Virus record (IMG/VR): IMGVR_UViG_3300042905_002851
Length of the DNA stretch: 64,000 bases
Strand: one strand, 5' to 3'
Origin: an uncultured virus (IMG/VR IMGVR_UViG_3300042905_002851)
Lineage: Duplodnaviria > Heunggongvirae > Uroviricota > Caudoviricetes
Shown: in pieces, positions 1-10,953 of the stretch
Layout: the number at the start of each line of letters is the position of its first letter
Numbering within the stretch: position 1 is the stretch's first letter
Notes under the pieces: generated by a model
Databases searched by the model: none
What the model was told of the DNA's origin: nothing
What the model saw: the letters and a program-made list of their open reading frames with translations, nothing else
Translations under genes and position numbers: made by a program

Positions 1-167
1 ACAATAAGTGAGGACACAACATCTAATGGTGGTGGAACATCAAAAATAAAGGTTGGGGGTATCGTTGTTGATCCTGTTACTACATAACAATATGTTAATG
101 TTGTATCACAAACATATACCGAATATGGTGGTGTCCCAGTTGCACCTGTTATTTCAATTGTATTCAT
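1..167 (-). CDS. Partial hypothetical Thr/Pro-rich putative virion protein (runs off the window start)
   Basis: Manual translation MNTIEITGATGTPPYSVYVCDTTLTYC...; ATATTTAT motif upstream at 186-193. Confidence 0.6.
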   Translation of the reverse strand, partial: MNTIEITGATGTPPYSVYVCDTTLTYCYVVTGSTTIPPTFIFDVPPPLDVVSSLI

Positions 168-229
168 TAAAAATTAACCTTTTTAATAAATATACCAAAA
201 GGGTCAAACTTAATTAAGTGTTTTATTTT

Positions 230-637
230 TTAATTACACCCACAAGGTCCATTACAACTGGATGTTGGAGTTGGTGTCATTGTAGGAGTTATTGTTGGCG
301 TTGGTGTTGGAGTTTTTGATGTGCAAGGATTACGTGTTGGTGTTGGCGTATTCGTTGGTGTAGGCGTAGGTGTTTGGGTTTTTGTTGGTGTTACCGTTGG
401 TGTTGGGGTAGGTGTAGGTCTAGGAACATTTAAAAAATAAGGACAATCAGTTCCAACAACCAATATTGTATATGATCCGTAAACATCTCTTTGTGGTGTA
501 AGTAAAGACGGATTAAATAAAAAAGGTAAGGTAACCTCACCTAAATTTATTACAACCTCAGAATTGTCTGGATTAAATAAAACTTCGGCCAATTCGCCTT
601 CATTATACACACTGTTTATTGTAATATTCTGAGACAT
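230..637 (-). CDS. Putative virion surface protein with Pro-Thr repeats and Cys-rich tail
   Basis: (PT)n tracts; C-terminal CNGPCGCN. Confidence 0.65.
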   Translation of the reverse strand: MSQNITINSVYNEGELAEVLFNPDNSEVVINLGEVTLPFLFNPSLLTPQRDVYGSYTILVVGTDCPYFLNVPRPTPTPTPTVTPTKTQTPTPTPTNTPTPTRNPCTSKTPTPTPTITPTMTPTPTSSCNGPCGCN

Positions 638-639
638 AG

Positions 640-2826
640 TTAAGTATTAGTTATTGTATATGTAAAATCGTTAACCGCACATGTTGATATATCACAAACG
701 GGACAATCGGGATCAAACATTTTAAATAATGTTTTAACAACTTGAAAATTATGTTTAACTTCTGGGGCCGATAGTGGTTCGGTGTAAAATCTAAATTGAG
801 AAATTGCTCCATCAAAAGTTCCTGCAAAATTTTCTTCTAACAAAATGTGGGTTTTAAGTTTATTTAATGTTGTGGCACTTAATATGTTTTCAGGAAAACA
901 TTCTGGATCTTGTATATATAAACCCTCAGTTGTTGCAGTACAAGCAGACAAAGTTAAGTTTTCGTGAAGACCTTGAGTTCCACCTCCCCATGACATATTA
1001 AAAGGAACACCAACTTGTTTTTCTTTATCCGTATCTAAAGGTCTTGGAATAACTTCCTCAAAATTTTCAATCACATAAAAAATTCTACCGTTTATATAAA
1101 TTTTTAATCTACCTAACCTAAAACTTGTATCATCTAACCATCTTTGATTTAGTTTTACTAATTCTACTTTTTCAGGTGTTTCATATCCATTTGTGTATGG
1201 TGGAGCAATTAAAGTTATTGTGTTGTTTGCCAAACTTTGTAATAACTCAACTCTTGTAATATCATATAATCCACCAAACCATTTTAAATCACAATAATCT
1301 AAATAGGTATATCTTTCAAAAACAACGTCAATTAAAAACCAATGTTCAAAATTTAACCAAGCAGGATTAACACTAAGACAATATGGATAAATTGGTGGAG
1401 TGCAAATATCAACAATTGTATAACCTGTAACATAAGTTTGTCCTGTAACACAACTTCCAGTTGTTACACAAGATCCTGTTATTTTAATTGTTTTAATACC
1501 AATACCAGGATTTTTTGGATCTCCACATAATCTAAATGATATATTATTTGACAGATCATCCATTATTGGATCTTTTTCACAAGTATCTTCTATTGAGTTA
1601 AATGTTAAAGAAGGGCTTGATGGAGGACATCCACAAGTATTACAACCACAACTTGGACAAGAATCACAACATGGGGTTGTTGATGGACAAACAACTTTTG
1701 TTGGGTATGAATCACATGGAGGAGTTACACTAGGTGTTGGAGTTGGGGTTGGTGTTGGAATTGTAATTCCTGAACAAATATGAGGGAAACACATCCATCC
1801 ACAAGTATCGCAAGGTTCTAAATCACAACCACACCCACAAGTTAATCTTGTTTCTACATTTCCATTACATAGATCACAACCATAGTTAACGTGGGGATCA
1901 TAAACCCCACCTATTGGTCTTGGCGGATAAACATATATACATCTACTATTTTTAATAGAATAATCACAACAAGAACAAGTTTCTTCACAAGTTAATCCTG
2001 AAGTAACCCTATTATATGTTGGGTCGCATTTGGGATGTCCATCTGCGTAGTGGTAAAATTTATTTTCAGATCTTGCCCCTAAAAAGAAAAATGTGTTTTT
2101 ATTGTTAGGATAAATTTGATTTAAAGTTGTATAACCTAAAGGGGGAACAAATTCATCAAAAAATCTTGGTTTTAAAATCATTTCTACGGTCCATCCTTTT
2201 TTCATTCTTTCAGGTATGATTTCATAATCATAACCAAACAACTTATAAAACCCTTGATAAAAACCACCATATAACTCAACATACCTACCTATACTTGGAA
2301 GTGTTTTAGAAACCATTTGATATGTTGTAAATAATGGAACCCCCGAAAATTTATGATTGGTGGGAACATTAGTGGTTGTTTGAAAAAATTTCATTTTTCT
2401 ATCAAAATACAAACGATTAAATTTTAAAGAGTCAGAAAATAAACCATTAGTAAAAACAATGCTATCACCTTTAATTTTTTGAACTAAACCATTATCAACA
2501 CCGGTTAAACCAATATCACAAGATGTTTCGGCGCTATAACAATTTAAATTTAAGTCTTTGGGTTGATAAAATGTTTCAGAAACAATTACGTTGTCGTAAT
2601 TATAAGATCCGTAAATTAAATCTAAATTTTGTGTTGTTAATGGACTATTGAGGTTTAAATTTATTGGTAACTTTTCACCATCTTCAGAACCTATAATAAA
2701 AGGAGAAAAAACAACTTCTTGATTATAATCAACTTCATCGGACGCCAAAGACATATCTTGCCCGTCATATATAACTTGCAATTTTAATTTGGGGTAATTA
2801 TATTGATTTATATTTTGATACGCCAT
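640..2826 (-). CDS. Large putative virion protein, LamG/concanavalin-A-like fold with Cys-rich and PT-repeat insert
   Basis: C-terminal [24 protein letters not shown] is typical of LamG; many CxC/CxxC; start moved to MAYQN, downstream of the late motif at 2838-2845. Confidence 0.6.
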   Translation of the reverse strand: MAYQNINQYNYPKLKLQVIYDGQDMSLASDEVDYNQEVVFSPFIIGSEDGEKLPINLNLNSPLTTQNLDLIYGSYNYDNVIVSETFYQPKDLNLNCYSAETSCDIGLTGVDNGLVQKIKGDSIVFTNGLFSDSLKFNRLYFDRKMKFFQTTTNVPTNHKFSGVPLFTTYQMVSKTLPSIGRYVELYGGFYQGFYKLFGYDYEIIPERMKKGWTVEMILKPRFFDEFVPPLGYTTLNQIYPNNKNTFFFLGARSENKFYHYADGHPKCDPTYNRVTSGLTCEETCSCCDYSIKNSRCIYVYPPRPIGGVYDPHVNYGCDLCNGNVETRLTCGCGCDLEPCDTCGWMCFPHICSGITIPTPTPTPTPSVTPPCDSYPTKVVCPSTTPCCDSCPSCGCNTCGCPPSSPSLTFNSIEDTCEKDPIMDDLSNNISFRLCGDPKNPGIGIKTIKITGSCVTTGSCVTGQTYVTGYTIVDICTPPIYPYCLSVNPAWLNFEHWFLIDVVFERYTYLDYCDLKWFGGLYDITRVELLQSLANNTITLIAPPYTNGYETPEKVELVKLNQRWLDDTSFRLGRLKIYINGRIFYVIENFEEVIPRPLDTDKEKQVGVPFNMSWGGGTQGLHENLTLSACTATTEGLYIQDPECFPENILSATTLNKLKTHILLEENFAGTFDGAISQFRFYTEPLSAPEVKHNFQVVKTLFKMFDPDCPVCDISTCAVNDFTYTITNT

Positions 2827-2879
2827 TTGTTTTACATATAAATACCACAATTCAAAGTATTTATTAAGAAAGTTTGACT

Positions 2880-3761
2880 ATGATAAAACTAAATGAAGAA
2901 TATTTTAACAGTCCTTATTATTTTTTTTGTAAAGATAAGGGAAATAAAATTGCAATATATTTTTCTGTTTCCAACACAATATCGGAATCAAGAAAAAACG
3001 ACGAGGTAATTGTTGTTGATAAAGAAATATTTAAAGACATTCAAAAAATAATATCAAATATATTAAATTCGGGAAAAAAATTATCAAAACAATATATCCA
3101 TAAACTTTTATCCTCAAAGTCAAAATCTAATAATAAATCAAATGGTGAGATTGATGAATTAGTAAATCCAGACGGGTCAATTATTGGTTCAAATATTCCA
3201 ATTTTAAATCAAAGAAATTTGGCTAAAAAAACAATGGATCAAACCGTTAAAATGGCAAGATCAAATCAATTTCCATATTTTCGTTGGTATTGGAATGAGT
3301 CAAAAGAAAATAACTCAGATAAATTATTAGATGAGGTTGATCAATCAGAAACATTTGGGTTTGAGGAAACAGAATACGTTTCAACTTATGATAAGGCAGA
3401 TGAAATTTTCAAAGATGAATTGGGTGTTGAGGATGATATAGAACGTGACGAAAGAGTTAAACGTTTAGGTTTTGATAGAAACTTAGACAAACAACTTAAA
3501 AACGAAAAGAAAAGAGGTAAGTGTAAAAATTGTTTTACAAAAAGAAGATTATCGGAATTTGTAAAACAAAACGTTGATGAGATGATCTTTTCAAAAAAAT
3601 CCAAAGAAAAAGAATTTGTTAAAAAAAATAAATTAGATGACTCTGAAAATAGTGTAATGTCAAGATTATTAATAAGAAATATTGAGGCGATTAAAAGATT
3701 GGCAGAAAAAGAAAATATAAAAATTGAAAAATTAATAAAACATTTAAAACAAGGTGAATAG
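2880..3761 (+). CDS. Hypothetical phage protein (possible head-internal protein)
   Basis: Long ORF; ATG at 2880 follows GTATTTAT; N-terminal KLNE. Confidence 0.7.
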   Translation: MIKLNEEYFNSPYYFFCKDKGNKIAIYFSVSNTISESRKNDEVIVVDKEIFKDIQKIISNILNSGKKLSKQYIHKLLSSKSKSNNKSNGEIDELVNPDGSIIGSNIPILNQRNLAKKTMDQTVKMARSNQFPYFRWYWNESKENNSDKLLDEVDQSETFGFEETEYVSTYDKADEIFKDELGVEDDIERDERVKRLGFDRNLDKQLKNEKKRGKCKNCFTKRRLSEFVKQNVDEMIFSKKSKEKEFVKKNKLDDSENSVMSRLLIRNIEAIKRLAEKENIKIEKLIKHLKQGE

Positions 3762-4224
3762 TAATTTATATAATAAAACAATAGAATTGCCAAAAGAAAT
3801 TATGGAATATCTTGAAACTTGTTTTGAGCACATTCCTAATTCGGATACTTCTATTGAGGGACATAAAAGAAATGAAGAGTTAAGGAATAGTGGTTATGTT
3901 ACTTATCAACAGTTAGGCAGAATTAAAAATTGGTTTGACAAATATGATGGTGATGGCACTGACGCTCCATATATATTAAATGGTGCTGATTATATGAAAA
4001 ATTGGGTTGAGTCAAAAATACAAGACCTTAGAAAACAAGACAGTTCTTCAAATGAAATAGAACAAGAATTTGTACCAGACAAAATAGATATTAATTCAAT
4101 TAAAGATTTAGGACCAATTGCCGATATGTTAAGACCTTCTAAAGAACACAGCACATTTGTACAGGATGTGAGAATTAGAGAAGATTTAGACAGAATAAAC
4201 CAAATAATAAAAAAAATAATTTAA
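3754..4224 (+). CDS. Hypothetical phage protein
   Basis: ORF overlapping previous stop; C-terminal IREDLDRINQII motif. Confidence 0.7.
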   Translation: MNSNLYNKTIELPKEIMEYLETCFEHIPNSDTSIEGHKRNEELRNSGYVTYQQLGRIKNWFDKYDGDGTDAPYILNGADYMKNWVESKIQDLRKQDSSSNEIEQEFVPDKIDINSIKDLGPIADMLRPSKEHSTFVQDVRIREDLDRINQIIKKII

Positions 4225-4225
4225 A

Positions 4226-4510
4226 ATGCAAACAGAAAGATTAGATTTCTCACAACCAGCAAATGATTTAACGGCCATCGCAGATTTACAAAGAAAAAGT
4301 CTGTTAGTTAAAAACGATTATAAAACTGCAAACCAATATTCATCAGTAAATAAAGATGCAAATTCTGATGGTGATGAGTTTGGTAAAGGAACTGGAGTTT
4401 TTTTAGATACAATAAATGGTGGGTCTTCAGTTGATATTGTAGAAAGAAAAAATGAAATAAAAATTAACGAATATCAACCAGACAAACCATATACCACACC
4501 TTCCGCATAA
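4226..4510 (+). CDS. Hypothetical protein
   Basis: Tightly packed in operon. Confidence 0.7.
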   Translation: MQTERLDFSQPANDLTAIADLQRKSLLVKNDYKTANQYSSVNKDANSDGDEFGKGTGVFLDTINGGSSVDIVERKNEIKINEYQPDKPYTTPSA

Positions 4511-4911
4511 TGAAACTTTACAACACTCTTAATAAACTTATATTAGAAGTAGCATCTAAAGATCAAATCATAGGTGCTATAAGCAATAGAATAGTGTGTG
4601 TTATTTACTACAATGGTGATGAACCAGGAGGTAAAGGATTAAGAGTGATAGAGCCTGTGGCTTTTGGATATAGTAAAAGGGGAAATCCTGTTTTACGAGC
4701 ATGGGATAGGGAAGGAGCGTCTCATAGAGCCTATTTAGGTAAAAAACCTCTTCCTAGTTGGAGATTTTTTAGAGTTGATAAAATAGAATTTATTAGACCA
4801 ACTCAAGAAAACTTTAATGAACCAAGGCCAAACTATAACCCAAATGGTGATAGAAGTATGGAAACAGTTTTAATAAATGCAAAATTCGATAATGAAAATA
4901 ATTTAACTTAA
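4510..4911 (+). CDS. Stand-alone WYL-domain-like protein
   Basis: IYY...RVIEPVAFG...VLRAWD...WRFFRVDKI matches the WYL pattern (R.vEP...yl.a....R.FR.DRI). Confidence 0.65.
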   Translation: MKLYNTLNKLILEVASKDQIIGAISNRIVCVIYYNGDEPGGKGLRVIEPVAFGYSKRGNPVLRAWDREGASHRAYLGKKPLPSWRFFRVDKIEFIRPTQENFNEPRPNYNPNGDRSMETVLINAKFDNENNLT

Positions 4912-4912
4912 T

Positions 4913-5518
4913 ATGAATTCAGAAGCAGATTTACTAAAAAAACTAATGGTTTCAAAAAAAATCATGGAAAAACATAATGACATTGGAAGAGGTCAATCAA
5001 GAAATTTTACATCAAATGAAACTTTGTCTTCACCAATGGTTGAAGATTACCAACCAATTCCTGCAAAATACAATCTTCCCCAAGAATTTTTAGAAGAACA
5101 AAGACCAACACAAAACATGAATGACGGATCGTCTTTAGAAGATAGGATTTCAAAATCAAAGTTACCAGATGAAATAAAAAAACTAATGATGGAACACCCC
5201 ATTCAACAACCAAATATGGGTATGAGCACAAACTCAATGTTAAGTGATGGATTGGTTGAAAGAGCATCAAGACTTATGAATATGTCACCAAAAACTGAAG
5301 AAATAAAAGAACAAACACAAAAAAAACCACAACAATCAAATATTGGTTTATCAAAAAACGACATTAGAGATATTGTTAGAGAAACAGTAGAAGATGTATT
5401 AAAAGAAAATGGTCTTTTGGTTGAGTCTGAATCAAAAAGTAGTGATTTATTTAAATTTAGAGTTGGCCAACATTTGTTTGAGGGTAAAGTTCTTAATGTT
5501 AAAAAAATGTCTAAATAA
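4913..5518 (+). CDS. Hypothetical phage protein
   Basis: Operon-packed ORF followed by a terminator. Confidence 0.7.
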   Translation: MNSEADLLKKLMVSKKIMEKHNDIGRGQSRNFTSNETLSSPMVEDYQPIPAKYNLPQEFLEEQRPTQNMNDGSSLEDRISKSKLPDEIKKLMMEHPIQQPNMGMSTNSMLSDGLVERASRLMNMSPKTEEIKEQTQKKPQQSNIGLSKNDIRDIVRETVEDVLKENGLLVESESKSSDLFKFRVGQHLFEGKVLNVKKMSK

Positions 5519-5538
5519 TATTTTTTATAATTTCTTAT

Positions 5539-5567
5539 AACCTCCATATAAAGTGGGGGTTTTTTTT
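5539..5567 (+). terminator. Rho-independent terminator
   Basis: AACCTCCA...TGGGGGTT hairpin followed by T-run. Confidence 0.6.
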
Positions 5568-5598
5568 GTGTTTATATTTTTAATCAATAAAAACAAGA

Positions 5599-5627
5599 TT
5601 GACTTAATGGTATAAAAAGGTTATAAT
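5599..5627 (+). promoter_or_regulatory. Sigma70-like promoter TTGACT-N17-TATAAT heading the glycan operon
   Basis: 11/12 consensus match, 17-nt spacer, located after a terminator and before the operon. Confidence 0.6.
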
Positions 5628-5690
5628 TTAGAAATAATATGGGAAAGTAATTTTTACGATTTTACCTATTTAAAAAAATTATAAAAAAAT

Positions 5691-6905
5691 ATGAAAGAAA
5701 AAATTAAAGTATTAGTTCTACCATCAGATAAATCAGGTGTTGGAAAGTTCAGATCTGTAGATCCACACGTTAAACTACAAAATTTATATCCAGATGATTT
5801 TCATGTTGATATTGACTATGAACCAAGAATTAACGATTTTAACTTTTGGAAAAAATACCAAATAGTTCATTTCCATAGAAGTTTTGGGAATATTGACCAT
5901 TGCCCACAACTGATTAAAACTCTTCAAAGTTTAGGGATTATTGTGGTTGCCGACATTGATGATTATTGGTTACCAACAAAGGAACATCCTATTCATCAGT
6001 TAATTGTTGAAAACAAGATGAACCAAAAAATTGTTGATAATTTAAAAGCTTCAGATTATGTAATAACAACAACTGACATATTTGCAAATGAAATAAGAAA
6101 ATTTAATAAAAACGTAATTGTTCTTCCAAACGCAATTGACCCCAAAGAACCACAATTTAATCAACCAACACCACCTTCGGACAAAATTAGAGTAGGTTGG
6201 TTGGGTGGGTCTTCACACCTACATGATTTAAAGTTATTAGATGGAATGGTTAATAAATTAACACCAATTCAAGAAAAATTACAATATTATGTTTGTGGAT
6301 TTGATATTAGAGGATCAGTAACGGAAATTAATAAAGAAACTGGCGAACAAAAACAAAGACCAATTAAACCTGATGAAACTGTTTGGGTTAGATATGAAGA
6401 AATTTTTACAAATAATTATAAAATAATCACACCAGAATACAAGTTGTTTTTAGACAAATTTGAAGAGGGGGAATATCCGGCAATTAAAAATGAAAACTAT
6501 GTTAGGGTTTGGACTCGTCCTGTTGAACAATACGCAAAAAATTATTCAAACTTCGATATTTCATTGGCACCAATTAAAAACCACATATTCAACAGAATGA
6601 AATCTCAATTGAAAGTTATTGAGGCAGGATTTTATAAAAAAGCATTAATTGCTTCAAATGTTGGTCCTTATACTATTGACTTGAAACACGCTTTAGATAA
6701 AGGTAATTTCTCAAATGGAAACGCATTGTTGGTTAACGAAACTAACAATCATAGTGATTGGGCAAAAAACATTAAAAAATTAGTTGAAAATCCAAACATG
6801 ATTACCGATCTTGGTGAGAGACTATATGAAACCGTTAAAGACAAATATGATCTTAATCAAGTGACACACGAAAGAGCTTCTTTTTATAAATCTTTAATTA
6901 AATAA
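5691..6905 (+). CDS. Glycosyltransferase, GT-B (GT4-like)
   Basis: DIDDYW, VLPNAID, VGWLGG, FN..KSQLKVIEAG...ASNVGPY motifs. Confidence 0.8.
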   Translation: MKEKIKVLVLPSDKSGVGKFRSVDPHVKLQNLYPDDFHVDIDYEPRINDFNFWKKYQIVHFHRSFGNIDHCPQLIKTLQSLGIIVVADIDDYWLPTKEHPIHQLIVENKMNQKIVDNLKASDYVITTTDIFANEIRKFNKNVIVLPNAIDPKEPQFNQPTPPSDKIRVGWLGGSSHLHDLKLLDGMVNKLTPIQEKLQYYVCGFDIRGSVTEINKETGEQKQRPIKPDETVWVRYEEIFTNNYKIITPEYKLFLDKFEEGEYPAIKNENYVRVWTRPVEQYAKNYSNFDISLAPIKNHIFNRMKSQLKVIEAGFYKKALIASNVGPYTIDLKHALDKGNFSNGNALLVNETNNHSDWAKNIKKLVENPNMITDLGERLYETVKDKYDLNQVTHERASFYKSLIK

Positions 6906-6908
6906 ATT

Positions 6909-7634
6909 ATGATTAACATACCTATAACAAAAATTTTGTTTTTAGATATTGAAACAGTTGGTGGTTGTAAAGACTATCAAACTTGTATCCAATCTAACCC
7001 AAAAGTTGCAAATCAATTTGATAAATATTTTGATTGGTTTTTAAAAAGATTTCCCGAAGATAAAGAATTAGGAGAAGATAGGACAACTGAAGAACACATG
7101 GATTTAGTTTTTAGAAAAAGATCTGCACTTGTTCCTGAATTTGCCAAGATTGTTTGTGTATCAATGGCATTTGTTTTAGATAGTGGTGAAACAAAAAAAC
7201 AAACATTTTCAGGAGACGACGAATATAAATTACTTATGGATGTTAGAACTCTTTTGGATAGATGTCATAAGTTAGATTTTTATTTGTGTGGTCACAATTT
7301 AAAAAACTTTGACATTCCGATGTTGGCAAAACGAATGATTATCAACGACATTATGCCATCAAAAATACTTCCGTCATACGATACTAAGCCATGGGAAGTA
7401 AAGGCGATAGACACTAAAGAAATTTGGCAGTATGGTGCATACACCGCAATTGGTTCTTTAGATTTGATGTGTGCATGTTTAGATATACCCACACCAAAAG
7501 ACGGAGAAATTAATGGAGGAATGGTTCATGAGGCATATTGGAACCATAATAGGTTAGAAGAAATTTCAGAATATTGTGAAAAAGATGTTGAAGTTTTGAT
7601 TGAGACAATTAAAAAATTAAAAAAATTAAAATGA
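6909..7634 (+). CDS. DnaQ-like 3'-5' exonuclease (PolB exonuclease-related)
   Basis: ExoI FLDIET, ExoII GHNLKNFDIP, ExoIII YCEKDV. Confidence 0.85.
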   Translation: MINIPITKILFLDIETVGGCKDYQTCIQSNPKVANQFDKYFDWFLKRFPEDKELGEDRTTEEHMDLVFRKRSALVPEFAKIVCVSMAFVLDSGETKKQTFSGDDEYKLLMDVRTLLDRCHKLDFYLCGHNLKNFDIPMLAKRMIINDIMPSKILPSYDTKPWEVKAIDTKEIWQYGAYTAIGSLDLMCACLDIPTPKDGEINGGMVHEAYWNHNRLEEISEYCEKDVEVLIETIKKLKKLK

Positions 7635-8233
7635 TTGAAGAAGAATTAGATGACATTGACCCTAAAGACATTGAAAATCTTTTGGGGTTTATAGATGGCA
7701 TAGATGAAAATGATGTTAATTATGATTTTATAATGGAAAGTTTAAATTTGGATCTTAAAGGTCTTGAATTAGAAATGCAAAACCATATTCCTAAAATTAC
7801 TTTAAACTTTTTAAAATCACACGATAATACAATAGACCCTAACTATGTGTATGAATCTGATTCGGGATTTGATTTACATTCTGTTGAGGATAAGTGGGTT
7901 AATCCTTTTGGTAGAGTTTTAATACCAACAGGTCTACACATTGATATTCCAGACGGATACGAAATTCAAATAAGATCAAAAAGTGGTTTGGCATTAAAAC
8001 AAGGTCTTATGGTATTAAACTCACCTGGCACAATAGATTGTGGATATTTAGGTGAAATCCAAGTAATTTTGTTTAACACAACAAATGAAAAAATAAAAAT
8101 TGAAACGGGTAAAAAAATTGCCCAAGCGGTTCTTTGTCCTGTTGTATCGGGTAAGTGGGTAGATTTAGTTGAGAAAGAAGATTTAGGAAATAAAGATAGG
8201 AACGATAATGGTTTTGGAAGCACTGGTTTATGA
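7631..8233 (+). CDS. dut: dUTPase (trimeric) with acidic N-terminal extension
   Basis: SGFDL, RSKSGLA, GTIDCGYLGEI, AQ and GFGSTG motifs. Confidence 0.92.
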   Translation: MIEEELDDIDPKDIENLLGFIDGIDENDVNYDFIMESLNLDLKGLELEMQNHIPKITLNFLKSHDNTIDPNYVYESDSGFDLHSVEDKWVNPFGRVLIPTGLHIDIPDGYEIQIRSKSGLALKQGLMVLNSPGTIDCGYLGEIQVILFNTTNEKIKIETGKKIAQAVLCPVVSGKWVDLVEKEDLGNKDRNDNGFGSTGL

Positions 8234-9732
8234 TTACAATAGTTTATTCAACACATAGGGATCAAGAATACAATAACAAATTTAAACAACATTTGTTACA
8301 AAATGTTGGAGTTAAAGATGTTCAGATTTTAGAATACGTTAATCATAACCAATATTCTTTATCTAGTGTTTATAATTCAGGAATTACAGAATCAATTTAC
8401 GATATTGTCGTTTGTTGTCATAATGATATAAAACTTGAAAAAAATTGGGGTAAAAAATTATTAAACGATTTTTCTAATTACCCCGAATTCGGTATAATTG
8501 GAAAAGCCGGATCTTGTTATTTTCCTGACACTGGAGTTTATTGGGATAGGATGCACTACACAATGGTGGGTCAAGTTTATCACCACCCTGAAGGTCAAAA
8601 AAAATGGATAAACAGATACTCACCAAAATTACCATTTTTAATTCCCGTTGTTACAATTGATGGTTTATTTATATCATTTGATAAAACCAAAATCAAACAT
8701 AATTTTGATGAAACAATTGGTAAGTTTCACTTTTATGATCACCTATTCTGTTTACCAAATTATTTGGATAACGTTAAATTAGGTATAACCTCATCTTTTG
8801 AGATAACTCACGAATCTGTGGGTAGACCAAATCAAGAGTTTTGGGAGAGTAAAGGAAAATTCCTTAAGAAGTGGGGTCACGTATTACCATTAGATCTTAA
8901 ACCATCCGAAGTTTATGTTCCACAAGTAAAATACAAACCAATAAAAAATATTGGTAAAGTTGCGGTAATCATACCAACAAAAGGTAAAGTGGAGATGTTA
9001 AAAGAATGTGTAGATTCAATTCACAAATATTGTGATTCAAACCTATACGACATTTTTATTGCGGACACCGGATCAACAGATGAGGAAAAAAAATGGATTG
9101 AAGAAAATATTAACAATGTATCATTAATACATTATGATTATTACCATTATGCCAAAATAAATAATAATGTTGTTAAGAATTTACCAAACAATAATTACGA
9201 ATTTTTATTATTCTGTAATAACGATATTGAGTTATTAAATGATGTAATTTCAGGAATGTTAAAAACATTCAAAACAAAAGATAGGGTTGGCACCGTTGGA
9301 TGTAGACTCCATTATTCAAACAATACAATACAACATGATGGTATTTCAATCATTATGAGACAAGAACATAAGGCATATACGTTAGATCATTTAAATAAGG
9401 AAACATATTATAAGTTTAATACTGGTATTGATGAGGTTGGTGGGAATACCGCAGCGTTAATGATGATTAGAAAAAAAGTTTTTGAAAATATTGGTGGTTT
9501 TAATGAAATATTTAAACATTGTTATGAGGATTCAATTTTGGGTTTACAACTTATAAAAAATGGATACTATAATTATTGTAATGGAGAATGTGTTGCCTAC
9601 CACCACGAATCTCAAACAAGAGAAATTGAGAACAATAAAATAGAAATGGTCCAAGATTTTAATGAACATGTTTACCCATTTATTAAAGAAAATTTTGAAA
9701 AATTTAAAAAATACACAATAATGGCTAATTAG
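8230..9732 (+). CDS. Two-domain glycosyltransferase (GT-A-like plus GT2)
   Basis: HNDI / FHFYD N-terminal domain; VIIPT...ADTGSTD...NNDI...ED C-terminal domain. Confidence 0.85.
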   Translation: MITIVYSTHRDQEYNNKFKQHLLQNVGVKDVQILEYVNHNQYSLSSVYNSGITESIYDIVVCCHNDIKLEKNWGKKLLNDFSNYPEFGIIGKAGSCYFPDTGVYWDRMHYTMVGQVYHHPEGQKKWINRYSPKLPFLIPVVTIDGLFISFDKTKIKHNFDETIGKFHFYDHLFCLPNYLDNVKLGITSSFEITHESVGRPNQEFWESKGKFLKKWGHVLPLDLKPSEVYVPQVKYKPIKNIGKVAVIIPTKGKVEMLKECVDSIHKYCDSNLYDIFIADTGSTDEEKKWIEENINNVSLIHYDYYHYAKINNNVVKNLPNNNYEFLLFCNNDIELLNDVISGMLKTFKTKDRVGTVGCRLHYSNNTIQHDGISIIMRQEHKAYTLDHLNKETYYKFNTGIDEVGGNTAALMMIRKKVFENIGGFNEIFKHCYEDSILGLQLIKNGYYNYCNGECVAYHHESQTREIENNKIEMVQDFNEHVYPFIKENFEKFKKYTIMAN

Positions 9733-9733
9733 T

Positions 9734-10294
9734 ATGGAACCTTTTATAACTTTTATTATACCCTCACTTAACAGATCAACAATCACAAGAACTGTAGATT
9801 CGTTATTAAATCAAACAAACCCTAATTGGAATGCAATTATCATATATGATGGTGTTGTTGGAACCGTGTTTGACGATGAAAGAATAAAAACTTTAGATAT
9901 ACCAAAAACAGGTTTGGTTGGTCCAGCAAATGGTCAATCAGGTTTAGTTAGAAATGAAGGAATAAAATTGTGTGACACAGAATGGATTGGGTTTTTAGAT
10001 GATGATGATACAATTCATCCTAATTACGTTAAAACTTTAAATGAAAAATATTTAAATAATGATTTTGTTGTGTGGAGAATGAAATATCAGAATGGTTTGA
10101 TAGTACCACCATTATTTTCAAATGATTTATTTTTTGGTGGTGTTGGTATATCTTTTTGCTACAAAAATAAATTTGATAACCTATTATTTGATAATAATAG
10201 AGATGGTGAAGACTTTGATTTTTTAATGAAACTAAAAAAAATAACGAATAATTGGGTTATTACACCTGAAATATTTTATAACGTAAGACACTAA
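9734..10294 (+). CDS. Glycosyltransferase family 2
   Basis: FIIPS, RNEG, FLDDDD, GEDFDF. Confidence 0.85.
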   Translation: MEPFITFIIPSLNRSTITRTVDSLLNQTNPNWNAIIIYDGVVGTVFDDERIKTLDIPKTGLVGPANGQSGLVRNEGIKLCDTEWIGFLDDDDTIHPNYVKTLNEKYLNNDFVVWRMKYQNGLIVPPLFSNDLFFGGVGISFCYKNKFDNLLFDNNRDGEDFDFLMKLKKITNNWVITPEIFYNVRH

Positions 10295-10953
10295 TGAAAA
10301 TACTAGTTAAGTTCCCAACTAAAGGGAGAAAAGAAAAGTTCTTTTTGGTATTAGACAAATACTATGAACTGTCAGATGACATAGACTCTATGGAATTTCA
10401 AATCACAATAGACGAAAATGACATAACAATGAACAATGATGATGTTTTAGATAAATTAGAAACATACAAAAATTTAAAAATTGATTTGGGTGAAAGTGAT
10501 AATAAAATTCACGCAATTAATAGAAATATTACAGTTTCTGATTGGGATATTCTTTTAATTGCTTCAGATGATATGATACCCAAAGTTAAAGGTTATGATA
10601 CAATTATTAGAGATAAAATGAAAGAGTTTTATTCCGATACAGATGGAATCCTTTGGTTTCATGACGGTAACCGAAAAGATCTAAACACCCTAAGTATTTT
10701 TGGTAAAAAATATTATAAAAGATTTAACTATGTTTATCATCCTGATTACAAATCTTTTTGGTGTGATAACGAGTTTACTCAAGTGGGTAATATTTTAAAA
10801 AGACAAAAATTTATTGACCAAGTTATTATTCACCACGAACACCCTGATTGGGGTTTTGGTTTGAGAGATAGTTTATATACTTCAAACGCAAAAAACGATA
10901 GTCATGATAGACAAGTTTATTTACTTAGAGCTCAAAAAAACTTTGATTTATGA
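10294..10953 (+). CDS. GT-A (GT2-like) glycosyltransferase
   Basis: PTKGR, SDDM DxD-type motif, CDNE, HEH. Confidence 0.7.
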   Translation: MKILVKFPTKGRKEKFFLVLDKYYELSDDIDSMEFQITIDENDITMNNDDVLDKLETYKNLKIDLGESDNKIHAINRNITVSDWDILLIASDDMIPKVKGYDTIIRDKMKEFYSDTDGILWFHDGNRKDLNTLSIFGKKYYKRFNYVYHPDYKSFWCDNEFTQVGNILKRQKFIDQVIIHHEHPDWGFGLRDSLYTSNAKNDSHDRQVYLLRAQKNFDL

